Part shown: positions 1 through 12,100 of the stretch, in pieces | Layout: every line of letters starts with the position of its first letter | How positions within the stretch are numbered: the first letter of the stretch is position 1 | Assembly: GCA_032718475.1 (NCBI GenBank) | Contig: JAUCBJ010000553.1 | Coordinates: 1 to 38,241 of the forward strand | DNA: 38,241 nt | Source of the DNA: Nemertoderma westbladi | Lineage: Eukaryota; Animalia; Xenacoelomorpha | Reading direction: 5' to 3' | Notes under the pieces: generated by a model | Databases searched by the model: none | Told to the model about the DNA's origin: nothing | What the model saw: the letters and a program-made list of their open reading frames with translations, nothing else | Made by a program: the position numbers and the translations under genes

Positions 1-2974
1 AAAATCACTTATTCTATCTAATTCTCTCTTTTGGGCACCAAACCCCCAAAATCTAAAAATTTTAACTCAAATTAAAAAAATTTAAGTAGGGAATATTTCT
101 TTAAAAACAATCCCTCACCGGTCTTGAATTTTAAATTTTAAATAAATTTTTATATCTCATTATTATAAAAAAAAAAATGCAACTTAATGAGGTTTGCCCC
201 TCACACTTAATTTAAAAAAAATATGTGAGAGGAAGAAAATTCAATCTTTAAGAAATTTTCTCTAAAGCAATCTAAATTGCGCAATGACTAAACTCACTAT
301 CTTTAGGGCAGGACCATAATTAAACACTACTCCTCCTAAACCTACTCGGGTTACACTAAAAATATTCCCTCTCTATCTATCCCCTCCCTCCCAACCGGAG
401 GGGGGTTGAGACTAAACTGAAAAACTAATATAAAAATCTAAAGAAAGGCTGAAATAATCAACTAAAGTGACTTAAAAAATCACTTATTCTATCTAATTCT
501 CTCTTTTGGGCACCAAACCCCCAAAATCTAAAAATTTTAACTCAAATTAAAAAAATTTAAGTAGGGAATATTTCTTTAAAAACAATCCCTCACCGGTCTT
601 GAATTTTAAATTTTAAATAAATTTTTATATCTCATTATTATAAAAAAAAAAATGCAACTTAATGAGGTTTGCCCCTCACACTTAATTTAAAAAAAATATG
701 TGAGAGGAAGAAAATTCAATCTTTAAGAAATTTTCTCTAAAGCAATCTAAATTGCGCAATGACTAAACTCACTATCTTTAGGGCAGGACCATAATTAAAC
801 ACTACTCCTCCTAAACCTACTCGGGTTACACTAAAAATATTCCCTCTCTATCTATCCCCTCCCTCCCAACCGGAGGGGGGTTGAGACTAAACTGAAAAAC
901 TAATATAAAAACCTAAAGAAAGGCTGAAATAATCAACTAAAGTGACTTAAAAAATCACTTATTCTATCTAATTCTCTCTTTTGGGCACCAAACCCCCAAA
1001 ATCTAAAAATTTTAACTCAAATTAAAAAAATTTAAGTAGGGAATATTTCTTTAAAAACAATCCCTCACCGGTCTTGAATTTTAAATTTTAAATAAATTTT
1101 TATATCTCATTATTATAAAAAAAAAAATGCAACTTAATGAGGTTTGCCCCTCACACTTAATTTAAAAAAAATATGTGAGAGGAAGAAAATTCAATCTTTA
1201 AGAAATTTTCTCTAAAGCAATCTAAATTGCGCAATGACTAAACTCACTATCTTTAGGGCAGGACCATAATTAAACACTACTCCTCCTAAACCTACTCGGG
1301 TTACACTAAAAATATTCCCTCTCTATCTATCCCCTCCCTCCCAACCGGAGGGGGGTTGAGACTAAACTGAAAAACTAATATAAAAATCTAAAGAAAGGCT
1401 GAAATAATCAACTAAAGTGACTTAAAAAATCACTTATTCTATCTAATTCTCTCTTTTGGGCACCAAACCCCCAAAATCTAAAAATTTTAACTCAAATTAA
1501 AAAAATTTAAGTAGGGAATATTTCTTTAAAAACAATCCCTCACCGGTCTTGAATTTTAAATTTTAAATAAATTTTTATATCTCATTATTATAAAAAAAAA
1601 ATGCAACTTAATGAGGTTTGCCCCTCACACTTAATTTAAAAAAAATATGTGAGAGGAAGAAAATTCAATCTTTAAGAAATTTTCTCTAAAGCAATCTAAA
1701 TTGCGCAATGACTAAACTCACTATCTTTAGGGCAGGACCATAATTAAACACTACTCCTCCTAAACCTACTCGGGTTACACTAAAAATATTCCCTCTCTAT
1801 CTATCCCCTCCCTCCCAACCGGAGGGGGGTTGAGACTAAACTGAAAAACTAATATAAAAATCTAAAGAAAGGCTGAAATAATCAACTAAAGTGACTTAAA
1901 AAATCACTTATTCTATCTAATTCTCTCTTTTGGGCACCAAACCCCCAAAATCTAAAAATTTTAACTCAAATTAAAAAAATTTAAGTAGGGAATATTTCTT
2001 TAAAAACAATCCCTCACCGGTCTTGAATTTTAAATTTTAAATAAATTTTTATATCTCATTATTATAAAAAAAAAAATGCAACTTAATGAGGTTTGCCCCT
2101 CACACTTAATTTAAAAAAAATATGTGAGAGGAAGAAAATTCAATCTTTAAGAAATTTTCTCTAAAGCAATCTAAATTGCGCAATGACTAAACTCACTATC
2201 TTTAGGGCAGGACCATAATTAAACACTACTCCTCCTAAACCTACTCGGGTTACACTAAAAATATTCCCTCTCTATCTATCCCCTCCCTCCCAACCGGAGG
2301 GGGGTTGAGACTAAACTGAAAAACTAATATAAAAATCTAAAGAAAGGCTGAAATAATCAACTAAAGTGACTTAAAAAATCACTTATTCTATCTAATTCTC
2401 TCTTTTGGGCACCAAACCCCCAAAATCTAAAAATTTTAACTCAAATTAAAAAAATTTAAGTAGGGAATATTTCTTTAAAAACAATCCCTCACCGGTCTTG
2501 AATTTTAAATTTTAAATAAATTTTTATATCTCATTATTATAAAAAAAAAAATGCAACTTAATGAGGTTTGCCCCTCACACTTAATTTAAAAAAAATATGT
2601 GAGAGGAAGAAAATTCAATCTTTAAGAAATTTTCTCTAAAGCAATCTAAATTGCGCAATGACTAAACTCACTATCTTTAGGGCAGGACCATAATTAAACA
2701 CTACTCCTCCTAAACCTACTCGGGTTACACTAAAAATATTCCCTCTCTATCTATCCCCTCCCTCCCAACCGGAGGGGGGTTGAGACTAAACTGAAAAACT
2801 AATATAAAAATCTAAAGAAAGGCTGAAATAATCAACTAAAGTGACTTAAAAAATCACTTATTCTATCTAATTCTCTCTTTTGGGCACCAAACCCCCAAAA
2901 TCTAAAAATTTTAACTCAAATTAAAAAAATTTAAGTAGGGAATATTTCTTTAAAAACAATCCCTCACCGGTCTT
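1..2974. repeat. 475-bp AT-rich tandem repeat, ~6.3 near-identical copies (satellite or organellar control-region-like)
   Basis: Unit AAAATCACTTATTCTATC... restarts at 1, 476, 951, 1426, 1900, 2375 and 2850. The only differences I saw were a poly-A length change and a T>C at 912. The array is cut off at the adapter. Confidence 0.97.
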
Positions 2975-3027
2975 AGTACTCTGCGTTGATACCACTGCTT
3001 AAAGCAGTGGTATCAACGCAGAGTACT
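2975..3027. other. Inverted dimer of SMART/PacBio low-input amplification adapter (library artefact, chimeric junction)
   Basis: 2976-3000 is the reverse complement of AAGCAGTGGTATCAACGCAGAGTAC and 3002-3026 is the same oligo forward. It is flanked by A (2975) and T (3027), consistent with A/T-overhang ligation. Confidence 0.97.
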
Positions 3028-3573
3028 TAACAACCACGGTGAGTTGAAGTTGTGTTTCAAATACAAGCAATATGATAAAGATTTGTAGAAAAATCTGGGG
3101 GGGGGGGGGGGGGTCCGTGTCATCAGAAAATGACACTATATTACGGGACATGGTGTATTATAATATCCAAGTCTATTTATTAAAATGTTCACAGGACCAT
3201 ATAAGCTATAAGATTAGGGACTTATTATAATACACAAATACAGGGTAACATTAATTCCGATCTCTTAAAGAAGCAAATTTTACAGAATCCTCGCATAATA
3301 TAATATTATAATGTAATATAATGTCAATTAGGTAGGTCAATCAAGCACTTTAAGAGAAAACCCAACATCGTCTAGCCATGATGTTGGCCTTACCATCTCG
3401 TTCACGTCCGCCGTAGATGACGAGTGTGAACGAGATATGGTAATGAAACGAAGATAGTCATACGCAGTAACCGGACGGGGCCCTAGGGGCTTCATAAATA
3501 TTAGATGATTAACATAATAATATTTATGTGCAACGCAGTAAACCGACCGACTTCTTTCCATTGTGTCCCACAG

Positions 3574-3775
3574 TGAACCTCCCACCGACGCTAGCCAAGT
3601 CACAGGTTCTCAGTGTAAGGAAACACGTAAAGATACAGTTGAGCCAACTATTACGTCATCCCGCTTCCGTAGATCTTCAACCTCGCATAGTAACGTTGCT
3701 CACAGACCTGGGAGCCACAACATCGGAGATCAATAAATGTGTGGCCAAGTTACCCGAAGGGCTCAAACGAATACG
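3574..3775 (+). CDS. SYMPK: Symplekin exon A (first in window)
   Basis: cccacag|TG acceptor; [31 protein letters not shown]...LLTDLG; donor CG|gtgagt (phase 2). Confidence 0.93.
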
Positions 3776-4003
3776 GTGAGTAATTTTGGTTATTCCCGCG
3801 TTTTCTTAATAAATTTTTGTGATGTTTTTTTAATATCGCGTTGGGATATGGCCGTGACCGAATCTACCATACAAAATTCAAATATATACCTTGCTGTAAA
3901 CCCATTGTGTTCGAAGGCGTTACACGATTGGGTAACAATTAGTTGGGTTGTTAGTCGATGAATCAGTAGTTTTATCTGCAGTCTGTGTAACTCGACCGCT
4001 GTA

Positions 4004-4416
4004 CAAGGCTGATATAACTCACTCTTGAAATGACTCCCCAGTCATCTCAGCCTAGGCTGAGAACACTCCTCAGTCGTCTCAGCCTAGGCTGAAAACATTC
4101 CTCAGTCGTCTCAGTCTAGTCTGAAAACACTCTCCAGTTATCGCAGCCTAGGCTGAGAAAACTCCCCTTAGGCTGAGATGACTCCCCTAATTGAGTTATA
4201 GTTCATATCCGTACCTGTGATATTTTCGTATATTGCAAAAATAAAACTGTAACCTATGTTATTGAGATATCGTTTATTGTTTTGGTTAGAAAAGTCCGCC
4301 ACTGTGACCTGCTCCTTTCCGTTAATTAAGAAATTTAGGGAGAAAACTGGGGAGTGTTCTCAGCCTAGTCTGAGAAGACTGGGGAGTCATATTTGGTGGG
4401 GAGTTATCTCAGCCTG
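4004..4416. mobile_element. MITE/foldback-like non-autonomous element with ~70-bp terminal inverted repeats and palindromic subterminal repeats
   Basis: Left end AGGCTGATATAACTC...ATGACTCCCCAGTCATCTCAGCCTAGGCTGAGAACACTCC matches the reverse complement of ~4347-4416. There are 4-5 tandem ~32-bp units at ~4032-4187 carrying the palindrome CTCAGCCTAGGCTGAG. Confidence 0.7.
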
Positions 4417-4464
4417 TTACTCCGCCTGTATCAGCTTCAACTTAAGTTATACCTATATATTTAG

Positions 4465-4681
4465 ACTGGATAAGGTTGAAGAAATTCGTCCAATCAAAAA
4501 GATTCGGCGAAACGATGCTGAGCGCCCTCTAGCGGCAGTTGAAGACGAGGAAGAAGAAGAAGACGATGCGGCTTTCACTTCCAAGAGGGCAAAGTCCTTA
4601 TCGACTATCGCTATCGATGTGACGGCGAGGCATTTATTTCTAGACATCGAGAACGTAGCGAACGTAGTGTTACTGAGTATG
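4465..4681 (+). CDS. SYMPK: Symplekin exon B
   Basis: atttag|A acceptor completes the CG|A codon; acidic linker then IDVTARHL...ENVANVVLLSM; donor ATG|gtgagt (phase 0). Confidence 0.92.
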
Positions 4682-6820
4682 GTGAGTCAACGTAGTGCTA
4701 CTGAGTATGGTAAGTCAACGTAGCGAACGTAGTGTTACTGAGTATGGTGAGTCAACGTAGTGCTACTGAGTATGGTGAGTCAACGTAGTGCTACTGAGTA
4801 TGGTGAGTCAACATAGCCGACGTAGTGCTATGGAGTATGGTGAGTCAACGTAGTACTACTAGTATGGTGAGTCAACGTAGTGCTACTGAGTATGGTGAGT
4901 CAACATAGCCAACGTAGTGCTACGGAGTATGGTGAGTCAACATAGCCAACGTAGTGCTACGGAGTATGGTTTGTCAACGTAGTGCTACTGAGTATGGTGA
5001 GTCAACATAGCCAACTTAGTGCTACTGAGTATGGTGAGTCAACGAGTGCTACTGAGTAAGGTGAGTCAACATCGCCAACGTAGTGCTACTGATTATGGTT
5101 TGTCAACGTAGTGCTACTGAGTATGGTGAGCCAACGAGTGCTACTGGGTATGGTGAGTCAACATAGCCAACGTAGTGCTACGGAGTATGGATTGTCAACG
5201 TAGTGCTACTGAGTATGGTGAGTCAACATAGCTAACGTAGTGCTACTGAGTATGGTGAGTCAACATAGCTAACGTAGTGCTACTGAGTATGGTGAGTCAA
5301 CGTAGTGCTACTGAGTATGGTGCAACGTAGTGCTACTGAGTATGGTGAGCCAACGAGTGCTACTGAGTATGGTGAGTCAACGTAGTGCTACTGAGTATGG
5401 TGAGTCAACGTAGTGCTACTGAGTATGGTGAGCCAACGAGTGCTACTGAGTATGGTGAGTCAACGAAGTGCTACTGAGTATGGTGAGTCAACATAGCCAA
5501 CGTAGTGCTACGGAGTATGGTTTGTCAACGTAGTGCTAATGAGTATGGTGAGTCAACATAGTTAACGTAGTGCTACTGAGTATGGTGAGTCAATGTAGTG
5601 CTACTGAGTATGACGAGTCAACGTAGTGCTACTGAGTATGGTGAGCCAACGAGTGCTACTGAGTATGGTGAGTCAACGTAGTGCTACTGAGTATGGTGAG
5701 CCAACGAGTGCTACTGAGTATGGTGAGTCAACGTAGTGCTACTGAATATGGTGAGTCAACGTAGTGCTACTGAGTATGGTGAGCCAACGAGTGCTACTGA
5801 GTATGGTGAGTCAACGTAGTGCTACTGAGTATTGTGAGTCAACATAGCCAACGTAGTTATACTGAGTATGGTGAGTCAACGTAGTGCTACTGAGTATGGT
5901 GAGCCAACGAGTGCTACTGAGTATGGTGAGTCAACGTAGTGCTACTATGGTGAGTCAACATAGCCAACGTAGTGTTACTGAGTATGGTGAGTCAACATAG
6001 CTAACGTAGTGCTACTGAGTATGGTGAGTCAACATAGCCAACGTAGTGCTACTGAGTATGGTGAGTCAGCATAGCTAACGTAGTGCTACTGAGTATGGTG
6101 AGTCAACATAGCCAACGTAGTTATACTGAGTATGGTGAGCCAACGAGTGCTACTGAGTATGGTGAGTCAACGAGTGCTACTGAGTATGGTGAGTCAACGT
6201 AGTGCTACTATTGTGAGTCAACATAGCCAACGTAGTGTTACTGAGTATGGTGAGTCAACATAGCTAACGTAGTGCTACTGAGTATGGTTAGCCAACGTAG
6301 TCAACGTAGTTATACTGAGTATGGTGAGCCAACGAGTGCTACTGAGTATGGTGAGTCAACGTAGTCAACGTAGTGTTACTGAGTATGGTGAGTCAACATA
6401 GCCAACGTAGTGCTACTGGGTATGGTGAGTCAACGTAGCGAACGTAGTGTTACTGAGTATGGTGAGTCAACATAGCCAACGTACTTACGTAGTGCTACTG
6501 AGTATGGTGAGTCAACATAGCCAACGTAGTGCTACTGAGTATGGTGAGTCAACGTAGTGTTACTGAGTATGGTAAGTGGACGTTTCTAACGTAGTGCTAC
6601 TGAGTATGGTTAGCCAACGTAGTCAACGTAGTTATACTGAGTATGGTGAGCCAACGAGTGCTACTGAGTATGGTGAGTCAACGTAGTCAACGTAGTGTTA
6701 CTGAATATGGTGAGTCAACATAGCTAACGTAGTGCTACTGAGTATGGTTAGCCAACGTAGTGCTACTGAGTATGGTGAGTCAACGTAGCCAACGTAGTGT
6801 TGCTGATTATGATAAATCAA
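4652..6820 (+). repeat. Donor-spanning minisatellite 1: 28/37-bp units, roughly 70 copies
   Basis: Unit (AACATAGCC)AACGTAGTGCTACTGAGTATG|GTGAGTC is the end of exon B plus the first 7 intron nt. The last copy is degenerate. Copy number is estimated from length. Confidence 0.96.
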
Positions 6821-6960
6821 TTGAGTGTAGAGAGGCAATCTCGCAGTGATGTGAGTCTCTGTCTCATATGGTTAATTTGATTCCCGACGCTTAAAGATTA
6901 TTTATCTTTCTGCCAATAGATTTTGGAAACTTTTTAGGAAGTATTTACTTTATTTTACAG

Positions 6961-7116
6961 TTACACCTACCAGAAAGGATTCCAGTCCACTTCCACTCCT
7001 CCTACACTCCCATAGCAGCTGCCGGTGGGGGAATGCAGATCAAACACGTAACTCGTCTCCTAGCAACGCAAATGACGGCCGCTGGGATCGGGCCGGGGAT
7101 CGAATTTGTAGCTAAA
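6961..7116 (+). CDS. SYMPK: Symplekin exon C (not in the ORF track)
   Basis: ttttacag| acceptor; LHLPERIPVHFHSSYTPIAAAGGGMQIKHVTRLLATQMTAAGIGPGIEFVAK; donor AAA|gttagt (phase 0). Confidence 0.93.
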
Positions 7117-7278
7117 GTTAGTCACATAGGCAGCCATTAGATTATCTAATTTGTACCTAAAGTTAGTCACATAGGCAGCCATTAGATTATCGGATTTGTA
7201 GCTAAAGTTAGTCACATAGGCAGCCATTAGATTATCGGATTTGTAGCTAAAGTTAGTCACATAGGCAGCCATTAGATT
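7099..7278 (+). repeat. Donor-spanning minisatellite 2: 45-bp unit x4
   Basis: ATCGRATTTGTAGCTAAA|GTTAGTCACATAGGCAGCCATTAGATT at 7099, 7144, 7189 and 7234. Confidence 0.96.
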
Positions 7279-7461
7279 GCATCGGATGGCCTATTATTCA
7301 TGTTTCACCGTCATTGAAATATTATTGTTATTCATGGTAGTAAATAAAATAGTTTGATTTATACAATATTATTGACTCACACTATTATAGTGTGTAGTGT
7401 GAATCACAGACGGGATGTATGGAGATTCGTTATTAACTCAATATTATTTGTTTATTTGCAG

Positions 7462-7644
7462 CAAGAAGCGGACGCCATCGAGAAAAAGCGTAGGCGGCTG
7501 GAAGAAATGGAGCAGACAAAGACGGCTGCCATAGCAACGGTGCTGGGAGGCACCGTCGTCAAGGAGACAGCTGCTGTATCTTCCGGCTACACAATACCGC
7601 CGCCAGAGTTGGACGAAATCAATAAAATGATAACGCAACCTTCG
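7462..7644 (+). CDS. SYMPK: Symplekin exon D (poorly conserved linker)
   Basis: tttgcag| acceptor; open GC-richer frame QEADAIEKKRRRLEE...ITQPS; donor TCG|gtaaga; phase 0/0 fits both neighbours. Confidence 0.85.
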
Positions 7645-7730
7645 GTAAGATATGTCGTTGTCATAGCAACCTTCGGTAAGATATGTCGTTGTCATAGCAA
7701 CCTTCGGTAAGAATTGTCGTTGTCATAGCA
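7635..7730 (+). repeat. Donor-spanning minisatellite 3: 31-bp unit x3
   Basis: GCAACCTTCG|GTAAGATATGTCGTTGTCATA at 7635, 7666 and 7697. Confidence 0.95.
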
Positions 7731-7859
7731 GCAACCCAGTGTAACACCTCTCGTTGCATTAGTAAGATGTGCAGGTTGTTGTAATACAAACACAGTTAGT
7801 TGTTTAACCATCATCTTCTAATCGTTGTTTTATACAACGGATACTTTATTTGGTTTCAG

Positions 7860-8073
7860 TTGAAGCGCGGCGAGCGTTCTGTACGGAAGTTCCAGCTGAC
7901 CGATCTAGCGTTCCCGCTGTCGCACGACACGATGCACCGATTCGCGAGCGAGTCTGTCCGTCGGATCCTCGGGTCCGACACTCTCTGTGAGACCGTCGGC
8001 GTCGCCGTATCCGAGCAACGCCTACAACTCCTCTCCCGATTGGCTACCTCCTATGGCGACTACATATCAGAAG
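7860..8073 (+). CDS. SYMPK: Symplekin exon E
   Basis: tttcag| acceptor; RKFQLTDLAFPL...SVRRIL...RLQLLSRLAT; donor G|gttcgc (phase 1). Confidence 0.88.
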
Positions 8074-8223
8074 GTTCGCCTAAATATTATTTTATAAGTA
8101 ATTAATAAAATAAATAGGATATATAACTTATACTGAATTTCTTAATGTAGTTAATGGCACGAAGGATCAAGGAGCTATTGATTTATTTAATCGATTATTT
8201 ATACAGTTAGTTTGATTTTGCAG

Positions 8224-8413
8224 CTATTGGGGAGTATGTGTTAGAGGATATGCGAGGTAGACAGGATCTGGCTGTAGCTTGGCTCTACCAGGAGTACTCA
8301 ATTTACGAAGGTTACACTGCCACCAACGGCCGGGGCGACCTGGAACCTTACGATGAGTACCTAACTAACCTACTAATGGCCTGTAAGGAGCGACCGGACT
8401 CACAGAAAGAAGG
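8224..8413 (+). CDS. SYMPK: Symplekin exon F
   Basis: tttgcag|CT acceptor; YVLEDMRGRQDLAVAWLYQEY...ERPDSQKEG; donor GG|gttggt (phase 2). Confidence 0.93.
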
Positions 8414-8953
8414 GTTGGTTTATTGAGTTTATTTATTTATTTCTTATACTTTATAATTATTTATTACTTGGGATAAAGTTTATAACTTTAAAGTTTATAA
8501 CTTTAAAGTTTATTACTTTTTTATTTTTTTTCATTATTCTCGAAGCATTTTATTTACCGAGCGCCAGCGTTAATAAAGGGTCGAGAGAATGTTGAAAAAA
8601 AATGTTATAGTTTATTTTCCCATGTAATACGTAATTTAATTATTAAAGTGGTACTTTTTGTTCCTAAAACATTGAACGATATCGGTATACAGTACAGTAG
8701 TGTTACAAAGTAAACTGAACTGCATTATTTTACAATAAGTAGAGAGCCTAGAGAGCCGATTAACTACATAAACCAATATTGGATATTGAGTTCCGTTTTG
8801 GAGTTCGCCTTGCAGACACTAAAGTTGTAATAACTTCTGAGTGTGTCAATGGGATTTGCTCTACTTTTCTACTTCGATGCTTTTTAACATTTATAGTAAA
8901 ATTTAAGAAATTCAAGAAGCTTAAAGATAGCTTAAATCACTTATGTTATTTAG

Positions 8954-9149
8954 ATTATTCACTAAACTGTTGCTAGAGGCGCCTATTATTACGGACCGCG
9001 CCCAGGATGTCCTGTGTAAATTCTGTCTGGACCCGGCGCATTATGAATCAGGTCTCCAGGCAACCGCATACATTGTGGAGATGCGGCCGGGACAAAGCCA
9101 ACAGTTCACAAGAATATTAGTGAGAATGAGTACAGTGGATAATGCAGAG
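8954..9149 (+). CDS. SYMPK: Symplekin exon G
   Basis: atttag|A acceptor; LFTKLLLEAPIIT...ILVRMSTVDNAE; donor GAG|gttggt (phase 0). Confidence 0.93.
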
Positions 9150-12100
9150 GTTGGTTAACAGAATGAGTACAGTGGATAATGCAGAGGTTGGTTAACAGAC
9201 CCCCACACCCTAGTGAGAATGAGTACAGTGGATAATGCAGAGGTTGGTTAACAGAACGAGTACAGTGAATAATGCAGAGGTTGGTTAACAGATCCCCACA
9301 CCCTAATGAGAATGAGTACAGTGGATAATGCAGAGGTTGTTTAACAGAATGAGTACAGTGGATAATGCAGAGGTTGGTTAACAGAATGAGTACAGTGGAT
9401 AATGCAGAGGTTGGTTAACAGAATGAGTACAGTGGATAATGCAGAGGTTGGTTAACAGAATGAGTACAGTGGATAATGCAGAGGTTGGTTAACAGAATGA
9501 GTACAGTGGATAATGCAGAGGTTGGTTAACAGACCCCCACACCCTATAGTGAGAATGAGTACAGTGGATAATGCAGAGGTTGGTTAACAGACCCCCACAC
9601 CCTATAGTGAGAATGAGTACAGTGGATAATGCAGAGGTTGGTTAACAGACCCCCACACCCTATAGTGAGAATGAGTACAGTGGATAATGCAGAGGTTGGT
9701 TAACAGAATGAGTACAGCGGATAATGCAGAGGTTGGTTAACAGACCCCCACACCCTAGTGAGAATGAGTACAGTGGATAATGCAGAGGTTGGTTAACAGA
9801 CCCCCACACCCTATAGTGAGAATGAGTACAGTGGATAATGCAGAGGTTGGTTAACAGACCCCCACACCCTAGTGAGAATGAGTACAGTGGATAATGCAGA
9901 GGTTGGTTAACAGACCCCCACACCCTATAGTGAGAATGAGTACAGTGGATAATGCAGAGGTTGGTTAACAGAATGAGTACAGCGGATAATGCAGAGGTTG
10001 GTTAACAGACCCCCACACCCTATAGTGAGAATGAGTACAGTGGATAATGCAGAGGTTGGTTAACAGAATGAGTACAGTGGATAATGCAGAGGTTGGTTAA
10101 CAGACCCCCACACCCTAGTGAGAATGAGTACAGTGGATAATGCAGAGGTTGGTTAACAGAATGAGTACAGCGGATAATGCAGAGGTTGGTTAATAGACCC
10201 CCACACCCTAGTGAGAATGAGTACAGTGGATAATGCAGAGGTTGGTTAACAGACCCCCACACCCTAGTGAGAATGAGTACAGTGGATAATGCAGAGGTTG
10301 GTTAACAGACCCCCACACCCTAGTGAGAATGAGTACAGTGGATAATGCAGAGGTTGGTTAACAGACCCCCACACCCTAGTGAGAATGAGTACAGTGGATA
10401 ATGCAGAGGTTGGTTAACAGAATGAGTACAGCGGATAATGCAGAGGTTGGTTAATAGACCCCCACACCCTAGTGAGAATGAGTACAGTGGATAATGCAGA
10501 GGTTGGTTAACAGACCCCCACACCCTAGTGAGAATGAGTACAGTGGATAATGCAGAGGTTGGTTAACAGACCCCCACACCCTATAGTGAGAATGAGTACA
10601 GTGGATAATGCAGAGGTTGGTTAACAGAATGAGTACAGCGGATAATGCAGAGGTTGGTTAACAGACCCCCACACCCTAGTGAGAATGAGTACAGTGGATA
10701 ATGCAGAGGTTGGTTAACAGACCCCCACACCCTATAGTGAGAATGAGTACAGTGGATAATGCAGAGGTTGGTTAACAGAATGAGTACAGCGGATAATGCA
10801 GAGGTTGGTTAACAGACCCCCACACCCTAGTGAGAATGAGTACAGTGGATAATGCAGAGGTTGGTTAACAGACCCCCACACCCTATAGTGAGAATGAGTA
10901 CAATGGATAATGCAGAGATTGGTTAACAGAATGAGTGCAGTGGATAATGCAGAGGTTGGTTAACAGAATGAGTACAGTGGATAATGCAGAGGTTGGTTAA
11001 CAGAATGAGTACAGTGGATAATGCAGAGGTTGGTTAACAGACCCCCACACTCTAGTGAGAATGAGTACAGTGGATAATGCAGAGGTTGGTTAACAGACCC
11101 CCACACCCTATAGTGAGAATGAGTACAGTGGATAATGCAGAGGTTGGTTAACAGAATGAGTACAGCGGATAATGCAGAGGTTGGTTAACAGACCCCCACA
11201 CTCTAGTGAGAATGAGTACAGTGGATAATGCAGAGGTTGGTTAACAGACCCCCACACCCTATAGTGAGAATGAGTACAGTGGATAATGCAGAGGTTGGTT
11301 AACAGAATGAGTACAGTGGATAATGCAGAGGTTGGTTAACAGACCCCCACACCCTATAGTGAGAATGAGTACAGTGGATAATGCAGAGGTTGGTTAACAG
11401 AATGAGTACAGTGGATAATGCAGAGATTGGTTAACAGAATGAGTACAGTGGATAATGCAGAGGTTGGTTAACAGAATGAGTACAGCGGATAATGCAGAGG
11501 TTGGTTAACAGAATGAGTACAATGGATAATGCAGAGGTTGGTTAACAGAATGAGTACAGTGGATAATGCAGAGGTTGGTTAACAGAATGAGTACAGCGGA
11601 TAATGCAGATGTTGGTTAACAGACCCCCACACCCTAGTGAGAATGAGTACAGTGGATAATGCAGAGGTTGGTTAACAGAATGAGTACCGTGGATAATGCA
11701 GAGGTTGGTTAACAGAATGAGTACAGTGGATAATGCAGAGATTGGTTAACAGAATGAGTACAGTGGATAATGCAGAGGTTGGTTAACAGAATGAGTACAG
11801 TGGATAATGCAGAGGTTGGTTAACAGAATGAGTACAGCGGATAATGCAGAGGTTGGTTAACAGACCCCCACACCCTAGTGAGAATGAGTACAGTGGATAA
11901 TGCAGAGGTTGGTTAACAGACCCCCACACCCTAGTGAGAATGAGTACAGTGGATAATGCAGAGGTTGGTTAACAGAATGAGTACAGTGGATAATGCAGAG
12001 GTTGTTTAACAGAATGAGTACAGTGGATAATGCAGAGGTTGGTTAACAGACCCCCACACCCTAGTGAGAATGAGTACAGTGGATAATGCAGAGGTTGGTT

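Noticed and set aside
2975-3027. Biological palindrome (hairpin telomere or transposon end)
   Set aside because: It is an exact match to a commercial adapter.
3337-3460. Possible additional upstream exon, or the minus-strand ORF 3337-3603
   Set aside because: No recognisable symplekin similarity in any frame that I could see, and weak splice signals.
8474-8520. 15-bp AAAGTTTATAACTTT x3 quasi-palindromic repeat
   Set aside because: A short AT-rich intronic repeat that does not include the donor; real but ordinary.
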